A stretch of 24,432 bases of DNA from a virus (taxonomy: Duplodnaviria; Caudoviricetes): IMG/VR virus record IMGVR_UViG_3300031965_000131, positions 1-24,432 of that record; one strand, written 5' to 3'. A program made the position numbers and the translations under genes. The notes under the pieces were generated by a model. The model had not been told where the DNA came from, ran no database searches, and saw only the letters and a list, made by a program, of their open reading frames with translations. Below, one piece after another: positions 1 through 8,227 of this stretch; position 1 is the first letter of the stretch, and every line of letters begins with the position of its first letter.

Positions 1-22
1 GGGGTCACGTAGGCGGCTCGTC

Positions 23-241
23 TCATGCACCCTCCTTTCCCATGGACAGACCGCTGAACCACTCCCCGATAGCACCGGGCCAGATGCTCCAGGAGCGGAC
101 CACGAGCCTCGACGGGGAAGGTCGCCGGCCAGTCGCGACCGGCATGAGGATCGCGGCCACGGGGACCGTGCCATCGGCCGGACCCATGCGGGCGGCCTCG
201 AGCATTCGGTAAAAGCTCTTCCAGGCATCCTCGTCCTTCAT
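23..241 (-). CDS. Hypothetical phage early protein
   Basis: 72-aa ORF coupled by ATGA overlaps to both neighbours, with a GAGG-type RBS; no recognisable motif. Confidence 0.6.
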   Translation of the reverse strand: MKDEDAWKSFYRMLEAARMGPADGTVPVAAILMPVATGRRPSPSRLVVRSWSIWPGAIGEWFSGLSMGKEGA

Positions 242-1239
242 GCGGCACCCTCCTCTGCCCCCTCAGGGGGCTTCCGGCTGTTCCCGTTCCCTCCGGTGAC
301 TGCACCGCTCTCGAGGAGGGCCGCGGGCACCGGAGAATGGACCTGGCATGGACATCGGGCGCGCCGTCGGAGGTCTTCTTCTTCAAGACGTGCCCTTCCG
401 GCCTCCCAGAACCGCTCCAGAGCGCCGCCGACCTTCTTGGCCAGGCCCAGGGGCTCGCGAAGCCTCTCCATCTCGACCGAGAGATCCGGGCAGCTCCACT
501 CCTCGAGAGGGGTCTCCAGGCGTCTTGAGTCGGCGAGCCGCTCCTGGATCCAGGCCTCGGGGTCGCGGACGCCCTTGTGGGCTTCGGCGAGACGAAGGAG
601 TTCCACGCTGAGTCGATCGATCTGCTCTGGAGCCGCCTCGAGGCGGGCGAAGAGGTCTAGCAAGCGGCGGGCCAGAATCTGGCCATAGAGCCGCTCCAGG
701 ACCGCCCGAGCCGGTCCCGCTGTAGTAGAAGTAGATGTAGAAGTAGGAGTCCGTCGACCCCGTCCGGTGTGACCAGGGGTTAACGGCAAGTGTTGTTGAG
801 CACTTACGGCTTCTTCAGACGGAACTGCAGGTGGAACCCAGGCGGAACTGACCCGGAACTCAGGCGGAACTGACCCGGAACTCGAAAAAGATGAAAAAAA
901 ACGATCGGCGGCCCGGCGCCAGACCGAATCGGGGGTCTCGACGGCCGGGTTGTACTCGATGATCCGGACCCCGCGCTCGCCCCGCCCAACCACCGTCACG
1001 ATCCCCCACTCGATGAGCCGGCCGAGCATCTTCCGGTATTGGCGGTCCGTCCGCCGGTGCCCCCGCCTGGCCATCCGGCCCGGATGGAACGGGAACGGCC
1101 CGTCGACCTTCCACCTGGACGAGTGGGTGATGCGGGCCGTCTCACACATGTCCAGGATCTCCTGGGCAGTCGGTGTGAGCATCGGGACGGGGAAGCCCGC
1201 ACGCCGCGCTTCCATGCGCCAGCCGCGTCGACGGCTCAC
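238..1239 (-). CDS. Phage replication initiator (N-terminal winged HTH, lambda O-like organisation)
   Basis: N-terminal wHTH-like segment (QYRKMLGRLIEWGIVTVV); low-complexity linker containing DNA iterons and a TSTSTST tract; helical C-terminal domain; lies in the early operon. Confidence 0.6.
   Translation of the reverse strand: MSRRRGWRMEARRAGFPVPMLTPTAQEILDMCETARITHSSRWKVDGPFPFHPGRMARRGHRRTDRQYRKMLGRLIEWGIVTVVGRGERGVRIIEYNPAVETPDSVWRRAADRFFSSFSSSGSVPPEFRVSSAWVPPAVPSEEAVSAQQHLPLTPGHTGRGRRTPTSTSTSTTAGPARAVLERLYGQILARRLLDLFARLEAAPEQIDRLSVELLRLAEAHKGVRDPEAWIQERLADSRRLETPLEEWSCPDLSVEMERLREPLGLAKKVGGALERFWEAGRARLEEEDLRRRARCPCQVHSPVPAALLESGAVTGGNGNSRKPPEGAEEGAA
821..902. repeat. Iteron array, putative replication origin inside the initiator gene
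   Basis: GGAAC at 821, 833, 844, 855, 866 and 877 (11-12-bp period); exact tandem GGCGGAACTGACCCGGAACTC at 841 and 863; adjacent A-rich tract 885-901. Confidence 0.7.
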
Positions 1240-1514
1240 GGCCGGGCTCCTTCCTCGGGCGTGCGGGTTCTTTCCTCGGTGTGGGCGTGGGGTGGGCAGT
1301 AAAGGATTGGCTCGGCCTCAGCGGAGGCCCCGAGGGCGTGGAGGTCGCAGAGGCGCCGGTCGCAGGTCCTGGCCCGGCCTCCACGGCGGACGGGGTAACG
1401 GCAGAGGTGGCGGCCTGGCAGCCCGCAGTAATGGCAGAGGGGCCGCCGGCTCGCCCTGGGCCCGCAGGACAGCGCCATTGTCCCGTCCGGGAACCTTTGG
1501 ACCTGATAGCCCAT
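1236..1514 (-). CDS. Small Cys/His-rich (Zn-binding) phage protein
   Basis: Start reassigned to ATG 1514 after a GGAGG RBS; CHYC...HLC...TCDRRLCDLH...YCPPH pattern; GTGA overlap with the next gene. Confidence 0.7.
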   Translation of the reverse strand: MGYQVQRFPDGTMALSCGPRASRRPLCHYCGLPGRHLCRYPVRRGGRARTCDRRLCDLHALGASAEAEPILYCPPHAHTEERTRTPEEGARP

Positions 1515-1533
1515 CTTGAGCCCTCCGTGGCTC

Positions 1534-1773
1534 TCAGAGATCCCCGTTGTGGCCTTCTGTGGGGGGCCTGCACCCCCTATGGGCAAACTGAAACGACCTG
1601 GCACGTTGGAGCCACTTCTCGACTCGAGCTGGGCACTCGAGGCGTTCTTGGGCCCCGCAGCGCCTGCAAACGAACCCGAACGGCTCTTGGGATCCGTCCG
1701 TGGCTCGAATCCAAGTCGCTCGGGACGCCACCGGCGACGATCCCGAGCCCCCACGATCCAACTTCCTCATCAC
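1534..1773 (-). CDS. Small Zn-ribbon phage protein
   Basis: CRRC and HRGC motifs; GTGA overlap with the upstream gene. Confidence 0.6.
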   Translation of the reverse strand: MMRKLDRGGSGSSPVASRATWIRATDGSQEPFGFVCRRCGAQERLECPARVEKWLQRARSFQFAHRGCRPPTEGHNGDL

Positions 1774-2065
1774 TGGGGCCTCCGAGGCGGGGCAGGCTCG
1801 AGCGTGTCCATGGGATCGACGCCCGCGAACCTCCGGGCCGCCTCGAGCTCGCGCAGGAGCTCGACCAGGAGCCGGTCGAGCTCGGAGAGCTCGCGGGGGC
1901 CGACGATGTCTGGACAGGGTGATGCCCTCCCCACCCAGGCCGTTGTCATAGGGCCCCAGCTCGCCGCAGGCGGCACAGCGGACGACGTCGCCCGGTTCCG
2001 GGTGCCGCGCCCCGCCGGCCGACGGCGATCGCTGCCTGGGTCTTCTTACGGGGGCTGCTTCTCAT
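1770..2065 (-). CDS. Hypothetical protein, probably one gene with two +1 indels
   Basis: ATG 2065 overlaps the upstream stop (ATGA). Three frames join as MRSSPRKK.../GDVVRCAACGELGPYDNG.../CPDIVGPRELSELD...; 296 nt minus 2 is a multiple of 3. Confidence 0.4.
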
Positions 2066-2472
2066 GGCTGGTTTTCCGGAGGGTAGTTCGACCAGATGGC
2101 GCCACCAGCCTCATGGCTGCCGGCGTGGCCCCGAGGAAGTACGCAGATGAGCACGACGTCTTTCAGAGAGACGAGCTCGTCAGGGGGCGCAGTCATTCCG
2201 CAGCCCGGACCCGTTGCTTCGACAGGCAGTTGCCGCTGTTCGTCTTCGACGTCGGCGCACCAGTCGTCGTGCTGCCGCTGGAATGCGGCTCCGAGCAGCT
2301 CGAAGAAGGGGCCGGGGTCAACGAAACACCGGAAGCCCCGTTGGTCGGATGGCGTCGCGGCGGAGCCTTCTTCGAGGTCTTCTTCTTGGTTGAGCTCGGC
2401 GACCTTGAAGTCGAGCTGGAGCAGGCCACGCTGGATGACCTCGACGCTCTCGAGAATCACTTGATCTCCCAT
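2062..2472 (-). CDS. Hypothetical phage protein with C-terminal CxLPxGHxGxH motif
   Basis: GGAGG RBS; 136 aa; motif CVLPRGHAGSH. Confidence 0.7.
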   Translation of the reverse strand: MGDQVILESVEVIQRGLLQLDFKVAELNQEEDLEEGSAATPSDQRGFRCFVDPGPFFELLGAAFQRQHDDWCADVEDEQRQLPVEATGPGCGMTAPPDELVSLKDVVLICVLPRGHAGSHEAGGAIWSNYPPENQP

Positions 2473-2475
2473 GGT

Positions 2476-4119
2476 TCATTTCCTCCCGCTATGCTTCGAT
2501 GCCTTCTTCTTGGGCGCTTTCTTCTCCAGCTGCCGGCGGACTCTGGCGGCGATCGCCTGACGGTTGACGCCGAGAGCCTTGCAGGCCAGATCCACGGGTG
2601 CTTTGCCGGGAGACACGTCCCAGGTGGAATGGATGATCCACCCGCTCACGAGTAGCTCGAGGGCCAGGAGGCGCGCCTCGGCCGAGGTCATCTTGCCCAG
2701 GAGCGCACGGAGCGCACCACAGTGATCAGGCCCACCGAAGCGGCGCTTGGGCGGCTCAATTCCGCGGCGTCGACAGACTTCTCTCGCGGCGTCCGCCCAG
2801 ACCTCCGCAATGACGCCGGCGGCCACGGCGTGCCAGATCTCGGTCTTCTCCTGATGCTCCGCCGCGGTCATGACCTCGGCCACGACAGCGCGTCCGGCTT
2901 CGACTTGGGCCAGGCGCTTGCGCCGCTCCACAGTGTTGCGACTGTCGCCGGCGCGCTCCCTCGCCGTGGCGCGCTTCGCCCACTCGTACTTCGACCCCAG
3001 AGCCGCGGCGGCCTCCTTCCGCGGCACCAGCTCGTGGACCACTCCGTCCTCGCCGACAGCGACGACGCCCCCACCCAGATCCTCGATGGTCTTCTTGCCG
3101 AGAAGCTGGCGGAGCGGTCGGATCTTCGGGTCCAGATGCTCACGTTCTGAAAGGTTTAAGTAACTGCCGCTCCCCAAGACCCCAGCCCCGCGGATCGCCT
3201 TCTCGGCCTCCTTGCCCTCGAGGACCGTTCGACCCATCGCGGCAGCCTCCTCGAGCGCCCTCGTCTGGAACGCTTCGCGCTTCTTGCCGAAACAGGAGTG
3301 GTCGAGACAGGAGTCGTTGCGGGAGGTGTCCCCGAAGAGCTCAGGCTGGGCGCCAGTCCGTTTGGGGCAGGTGGAACAGGCGCCGGCCTCGGGCACGAGC
3401 TCGGCGTCGGTGAGCTTCCAGGGCGCCGCCCTGAGGTACGTCATGAAGTCCTCTGCGGCCTCTTTCGCCTCGGCGAGCGTCATGGGCTCGACGCACACTC
3501 CGCTGAATCTCTGCATGGGCTTCCCCGTTCGGCCATCGACGCCCGCGAACCTCCGGGCCGCTTCGAGCTGCTGGTCGGAGGCGAGCTTCGTAACCAGGAG
3601 CGCCGTCGCGGCCGTCAGCCGGCCGCCGGTGAAGAGCCGCCGGGCCTCGTCGGGGAGCCTGATCAGCTGGAGGCGGCTGTAGATGTAGGCTTTGCTCTTC
3701 CCCACCTGGGCGGCGAGGTCCTCGACGGGGTGGCCGTGGAGTTCATGGAGCTGGCGGTAGCACTCAGCCTCTTCGAGTGGGTGGAGATCCTCGCGCTGGA
3801 GGTTCTCGATGATCATGAGTTCGATCGCCTGGCGGTCGTCGAGCTCCCGGATGACGACGGGAAGCCACTCCAGGCCCGCCTCCCGCGCGGCGCGCAGCCG
3901 CCGATGGCCGGCCAGGACCTCGAGGGTGTCCCCCGTCCCGTTGCGACGGACGACAAGGGGTTGGAGTATCCCGTAGGAGCGGACCGACTCCACGAGCTCG
4001 GCCATCCTGGCTGGGTCCACGGTCCGGCGGGGGTTGAGCTTCGACTCGCGGAGCGTCGAGATTTCGACGCTAGCCAAGGCTCCGTGCTTGGGCGCGTCGG
4101 TGGTCGGGTTCGTTTCCAT
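2476..4119 (-). CDS. ParB/RepB/Spo0J-family protein (PRTRC-like, with Cys cluster)
   Basis: NPRR, ELVESVRSYGILQPLVVR, LAGHRRLRAA (CTP-binding box), IENLQREDLHPLEEA, HTH, then CSTCPKRTG...CLDHSCF. Confidence 0.92.
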   Translation of the reverse strand: METNPTTDAPKHGALASVEISTLRESKLNPRRTVDPARMAELVESVRSYGILQPLVVRRNGTGDTLEVLAGHRRLRAAREAGLEWLPVVIRELDDRQAIELMIIENLQREDLHPLEEAECYRQLHELHGHPVEDLAAQVGKSKAYIYSRLQLIRLPDEARRLFTGGRLTAATALLVTKLASDQQLEAARRFAGVDGRTGKPMQRFSGVCVEPMTLAEAKEAAEDFMTYLRAAPWKLTDAELVPEAGACSTCPKRTGAQPELFGDTSRNDSCLDHSCFGKKREAFQTRALEEAAAMGRTVLEGKEAEKAIRGAGVLGSGSYLNLSEREHLDPKIRPLRQLLGKKTIEDLGGGVVAVGEDGVVHELVPRKEAAAALGSKYEWAKRATARERAGDSRNTVERRKRLAQVEAGRAVVAEVMTAAEHQEKTEIWHAVAAGVIAEVWADAAREVCRRRGIEPPKRRFGGPDHCGALRALLGKMTSAEARLLALELLVSGWIIHSTWDVSPGKAPVDLACKALGVNRQAIAARVRRQLEKKAPKKKASKHSGRK

Positions 4120-4655
4120 CAGTCCTCCAGTTTCAGATTGAAGGTCTTGTCGTGCGCGACGTAGAGGCCACGACCGGTGCGGCGTACCAAGCGGAGAGCC
4201 ACCATCCCGTACTTGTAGCGAAGCAAAGCGTCCGCGACGTTCTTCCGAGTGCTGAGCGGCCTGGTAGTGGCTCTCAGGGCCGCTAGGATCTTGGCCCCGC
4301 GTCGCTCCTTCGACAGCCGGCCGACGACGAGGGGGAGCACAGCCGTGCCTTTGCCACTGGTGTCGCCAGAAGGGGGCGAACCGTTCCGACGCCGGCGCGC
4401 GCGGGGGCCCTTGCTTTCCCCTGGTCCCAGGATGGCCCGGGTAACCTTCGATTCGTCGGCGCCGTGCGTGACCAGTTCCATCTTCGGTGCAACTACCTCC
4501 GGGTCCGGCTTTGGGGGCCGATTGTCCGCCGCGGTGATAGAGGTGGTGGGACGAGAAGGTGGAGCCTCCCCGCGGAGGCGACGGATCAGCTCCACCAGGT
4601 CGTCCAAAGTTTCTATGTGGATCCGGATGCCAGCGACTTCGACTTGATAGCTCAT
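4119..4655 (-). CDS. Hypothetical protein, possibly with a C-terminal DNA-binding (wHTH-like) domain
   Basis: Start reassigned to ATG 4655 (ATGA overlap, GGAGG RBS); C-terminal LVRRTGRGLY. Confidence 0.6.
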   Translation of the reverse strand: MSYQVEVAGIRIHIETLDDLVELIRRLRGEAPPSRPTTSITAADNRPPKPDPEVVAPKMELVTHGADESKVTRAILGPGESKGPRARRRRNGSPPSGDTSGKGTAVLPLVVGRLSKERRGAKILAALRATTRPLSTRKNVADALLRYKYGMVALRLVRRTGRGLYVAHDKTFNLKLED

Positions 4656-4993
4656 TGCGATTCCCTCCGACGCTCCGAGTACCAATCCTCGAGCGGCCCG
4701 TCGCCGAGGCCGAAGCGCGCTCGGATACCGGCGGCGTTGCACCGCTGACCCCTTCCCGTTCCGTCAGGAAGCGTGTGATCTCGCCGGGACCTCCTCGGCG
4801 GGTCTGACCCGAGAGGAACCTCCCGCCCCGAGGCGAGTGACAGACCCGCCTCGCATCGGGGGCAACAGATGTGACAGGCTTCGATTGCGGTCAGGGCTTC
4901 GGTGCAGGCCAGGCAAGTCCGCCCTCCGCCGAGCCACTGCCGGAAGTCGTAGACCCGCAACCCGCATCGGTCGCACTTCTGCGTCCTGGTCAT
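4652..4993 (-). CDS. Multi-CxxC Zn-finger protein
   Basis: Internal GGAGG-N8-ATG at 4993 within the 324-aa ORF; CDRC, CLAC, CHICCPRC. Confidence 0.5.
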   Translation of the reverse strand: MTRTQKCDRCGLRVYDFRQWLGGGRTCLACTEALTAIEACHICCPRCEAGLSLASGREVPLGSDPPRRSRRDHTLPDGTGRGQRCNAAGIRARFGLGDGPLEDWYSERRRESQ

Positions 4994-5626
4994 ACCTCCG
5001 TCCTCCCCGGGGACAAGAGGACCCAAGCCGAATTCATTACGGCAGAGAAGGCAGGTGGATCTCCGAGGTCCTCGCGTGCCTCTTTTTCCACGCTGGTTTA
5101 AGCGCCGCGACGCGGCCGCACCAGGAAGCGTCTCCTCGGGCCCGCCAGATGGATCTTGCCCACAGGACCCACGAGCACCGTCCCGGAGCGTCTGCGTCAT
5201 GAATACCACTGACGACAATACCGTGTTCTGGGGCGATGCGGTTCCAGCCTCTCCACAGCAGGCGCTGCAGAGATCGGCCTCGACCCAGTAGCAGGAGCTC
5301 CCAGTTCGCTCGACGCAGTCTCCGCAGTCGTCGTCGGTACAGCCGCACACACGGCAGCGACGGGCGTCGACGGGTGAGGATTGCCCCGATAGCAGGCGGA
5401 GCAGCTCCCCTTCACCGGCGAGCTTCTTGTGGATCAGTTCGAGGACCTCACCGACGTGACCAGTTGAAGCGGCCTCGGAGAGGTAGGTGTGGTAGAGATG
5501 AGGGGGCTGGCGATGCTCAGTTTCAAGAAACTCGGCGAAGCCGATCAGCTGATCGGCGACGCCTCGCATCTCCTTCGTGCTTCGGAATGCGAGTGTGAAG
5601 CCGAAGGGAGTTACGATCCCGAACAT
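4994..5626 (-). CDS. Cys-rich hypothetical protein(s); boundaries uncertain
   Basis: CRVCGCTDDDC...CYWVEADLCSAC motif typical of phage early genes; the middle part may contain compensating indels. Confidence 0.5.
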
Positions 5627-5886
5627 GAGGCTGCCCTCCTTTGGTGGTGCTCGTCCGTGGCCTGGCGTATGAACGTACTGACGTCCTCAAGACACCCGCC
5701 ACTCCAGACGGTCTCTGGCACCGGGTAAAAGCAGTAACTGCGCCAGGCCCCATTCCACCTGACCTGGCCTAGAACGTCGCCGGTCCGATTGTTCTGGATC
5801 GACCACCGGTGTGTTTTCGCCCCCGGTCGGGTTCCGTTGCTGTCTTCGCACTCGAAGTGGATGAATAAGAACTGTGTCCTCATCAC
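5611..5886 (-). CDS. Conserved hypothetical phage protein
   Basis: LGQVRWNGAWRSYCFYP...GCLEDVSTFI resembles a recurrent phage family; GGAGG RBS. Confidence 0.75.
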   Translation of the reverse strand: MMRTQFLFIHFECEDSNGTRPGAKTHRWSIQNNRTGDVLGQVRWNGAWRSYCFYPVPETVWSGGCLEDVSTFIRQATDEHHQRRAASCSGS

Positions 5887-6191
5887 TTCCTCCGGCCTCT
5901 TTCCAGAGAGTCAGAAAGCGCGATGGTCGCCTCTGCGATGCACCGGCATTGCCCGTCGTGGTCGGTGCAGCGTGACTGGGTTCCGAACCAGAGGTAGAAG
6001 TTCCGCGTATGAGTTGCGCCTCGGATCACGCCTTCCCTGCGTGCCGGTTCGTCGATGGCGACGCGCACACTCCGGACAACCGCCGCGACGCTGAAGACCA
6101 AGGCGGACGAAACGACAGCGGAAGTCACAGCCAAGAGGACCAGGCGAGACGCCACGAGTGGGATTCGATCGCGCCGGCGGCTTGGCCTCAT
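5883..6191 (-). CDS. Small membrane protein
   Basis: Start ATG 6191 (ATGA overlap); one hydrophobic segment LVLLAVTSAVVSSALVFSVAAVV. Confidence 0.6.
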   Translation of the reverse strand: MRPSRRRDRIPLVASRLVLLAVTSAVVSSALVFSVAAVVRSVRVAIDEPARREGVIRGATHTRNFYLWFGTQSRCTDHDGQCRCIAEATIALSDSLERGRRK

Positions 6192-6448
6192 AGCAGTCCC
6201 TCGCGGGCTACGCGGCGGGCGCGGTAATCGATTCCCCGAAGCTGACGGCAAGTCCGATGCCACAGTCGGCAAAACCTAGCGGCCCTGGTTCGATGGCCGA
6301 CGACGTCGGAGGCCCACGCCGCGTATCCCGCGCTCGCGAAGTCGTCACTCCCGGCAGTTGCAGCCACACGTCGGGCTTGGGTCAGCGCCTCGCGGTAGAG
6401 CCGGTAGAAGCCGTCTCGGCGCCGCTTGATGATCTCCAACGAGATCAC
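6188..6448 (-). CDS. Hypothetical protein
   Basis: GTG 6448 overlaps the upstream stop (GTGA) and the ORF fills the operon gap exactly. Confidence 0.6.
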   Translation of the reverse strand: MISLEIIKRRRDGFYRLYREALTQARRVAATAGSDDFASAGYAAWASDVVGHRTRAARFCRLWHRTCRQLRGIDYRARRVAREGLL

Positions 6449-6999
6449 GGCGCCGATCCCCCTTGGTGCAGGCGCACGATCTCTCCCGTCCCCCCGCACT
6501 CCGAGCACGTGATGGGTTTGATGATCCCCAGCTTCACCGAGAGGTCTGAACCGGGAGGCAGCTCCTCCCACGCGCGCCACGGAGTTCCGTCGTCGTCGTT
6601 TGCGATCTTCCCGCAGCCGTCGCAGGTCTGGCATTTCACGACTGACGATTCAGCACCGATCGTTTCTTCCAGGTCGTCGTCCTCTATCCCGGTGTTGTCC
6701 CCTTCTTGAGGAGCCTCGGTCGGAGGAGTTCCTGTCGATTGAGGAAGCTCCCATCGCTGGATCGGCGCGGGCGCCTGGATCACGGCTGCCCGCGCAACCT
6801 CCTCGCTCGTGGGGTGGATTCCGTAGACGGAATCGGGGTTGTAAAACTGGCTGACGATCGGCTCGGCCTGGCCCGCCGAGAAGAGATCGATTCGGATGAA
6901 TCCTTTGCCGGCGATGTCCTGCTCGGTCATGCGACCCACAAGCCGACGGTGACCCATGAGCTCGAGGACGCCCCATTGATTGAACTGCTGATCGCTCAC
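6445..6999 (-). CDS. Conserved phage protein with C-terminal DnaJ-type Zn finger
   Basis: WGVLELMGHRRLVG...FIRID...QFYNPDSVYGIHP N-terminal domain; CQTCDGCG and CSECGGTG repeats. Confidence 0.8.
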   Translation of the reverse strand: MSDQQFNQWGVLELMGHRRLVGRMTEQDIAGKGFIRIDLFSAGQAEPIVSQFYNPDSVYGIHPTSEEVARAAVIQAPAPIQRWELPQSTGTPPTEAPQEGDNTGIEDDDLEETIGAESSVVKCQTCDGCGKIANDDDGTPWRAWEELPPGSDLSVKLGIIKPITCSECGGTGEIVRLHQGGSAP

Positions 7000-7346
7000 G
7001 TGATCTCCCCTTCCTCTCCGGCTGGAGCCAGTGGCAGGGGCAGGAGCTCTTGGTAAGCCTCGAGCTTCATGTCCCGGCGGCGCTGGAACAGGACCGAGGA
7101 GTAGGACTTGATGGAAGGGACGCTGGCCTTGCAGACGATACCGAGCTCTGCGACGTCTCGGTCCTCCGAGGGCTTGAACGTGAATTCGAGGACAATTTTT
7201 CGGGTGGCCTTGGCCCGTGTCCTCGGATCGTCGATCGAGTCGAGGACCTCCCGGAGCTTCACGGCGAAGAAGGTCCCGGCCGCTCCACCCCCGATCAAGC
7301 CCAGTGGGACGTTTGTTAAGGCCGGTTCCTTGTCCTTCCTGGTCAT
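6996..7346 (-). CDS. Conserved phage early protein (family often labelled 'replication terminator protein')
   Basis: GGAAG..F...LREVLDSIDDPRTRAKATRKIVLEFTFKP.EDR pattern; AAGGAG RBS before ATG 7346. Confidence 0.7.
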   Translation of the reverse strand: MTRKDKEPALTNVPLGLIGGGAAGTFFAVKLREVLDSIDDPRTRAKATRKIVLEFTFKPSEDRDVAELGIVCKASVPSIKSYSSVLFQRRRDMKLEAYQELLPLPLAPAGEEGEIT

Positions 7347-7506
7347 CACACTCTCCTTTTCAATGCCTCCCCCCGCGCGGCGGCGAATACAGAGCCTTTG
7401 GTCACCGCCGCGCGTGGGTTTTGGTTTTCCCTTCGCCACAAGCCTGTTTTTCCACCGGTCACTTCATGGGCATCACTCTCCTTTCGTTCGAGTCCAGGGG
7501 GCTAAC

Positions 7507-7809
7507 CTAGAAGAGCTCAAGCTGACCGCGCGCCGGGCGCCACGTGATGCTGAGTCGCGCCGTGATGGCGCAGATTTTGGACGGACCGTTTTCCACGAAG
7601 CCGTTGTCACGGAGCTCGGGGAGACGTCTCGATGGGACGTGACGCTCGAGGCCCGTGTTCCGGGCGATCTCGGCCGCGGTCTGCCCTGGAAACCGCTCCA
7701 CCTCCTCGAGACAGATTTCCCGCTGGCGCCTCCCTGTTCCGTGCTCCTCGATTGCCCCAGCCGCCGCGTGTGACGTGGCGGGGTCGCTCGAACGCGCGAG
7801 GGCCATCAC
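7507..7809 (-). CDS. Winged-helix DNA-binding protein
   Basis: ARSSDPATSHAAA...PGQTAAEIA...SRRLPEL...G...C, a common phage wHTH family. Confidence 0.85.
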   Translation of the reverse strand: MMALARSSDPATSHAAAGAIEEHGTGRRQREICLEEVERFPGQTAAEIARNTGLERHVPSRRLPELRDNGFVENGPSKICAITARLSITWRPARGQLELF

Positions 7810-8101
7810 CGTGAGTCCGCCGGTAGACCGATCTCAGCCATGAGATCCAGGACCCGCTGAAGCTGGCCCCGCATCTCGCTGCTCATCAGGGCGGCGTAGT
7901 TCTGGGCCGAAGCGATGGCGATGTGCAGGTGAGCGGACTGGAGAAGTCGGAGACGCGAGAGGAGCTCAGTCTCCCCGTGGATCTTCATGGCCGAGGACGA
8001 GAGACAGATCGAAAAGCTGGCCGACGTCTGCCATGGCGCGTCCTTTGGGCGATTGGGACGAGCGTCGTCGCCTGATGCAGGCTCATCGCCTCCTCGAACA
8101 T
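7806..8101 (-). CDS. First early gene, hypothetical helical protein, probably with two +1 indels
   Basis: GAGGG RBS and ATG 8101 (MFEEAMSL...), a middle frame (AMADVGQLFDLSLVL) and a final frame (AMKIHGETELL...); 296 nt minus 2 restores the frame. Confidence 0.45.
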
Positions 8102-8162
8102 TGCACCCTCGCGCCCGCCTGTTGCGGAAGCTCGCCTCGCGGCCGGGCACGACGGCGAGCTC

Positions 8163-8191
8163 TTGACGGGGCAAAGGCGCTGCGGTACAAC
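8163..8191 (+). promoter_or_regulatory. Putative sigma70 promoter directed at the tRNA fragment
   Basis: TTGACG-17 bp-TACAAC; the -10 is imperfect. Confidence 0.5.
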
Positions 8192-8227
8192 TGGACCTGT
8201 CCATGGTGGCCTCCGGTCTTGTGGCGG

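Noticed and set aside
721-750. GTAGAA-like microsatellite as a phase-variation tract
   Set aside because: It is an imperfect repeat encoding TSTSTST, a linker type common in phage replication initiators.
1815-3569. DGR template/variable repeat pair or CRISPR repeats
   Set aside because: There are only two 35-bp copies 1.7 kb apart with one mismatch; no reverse transcriptase, spacer array or cas genes are in the window.
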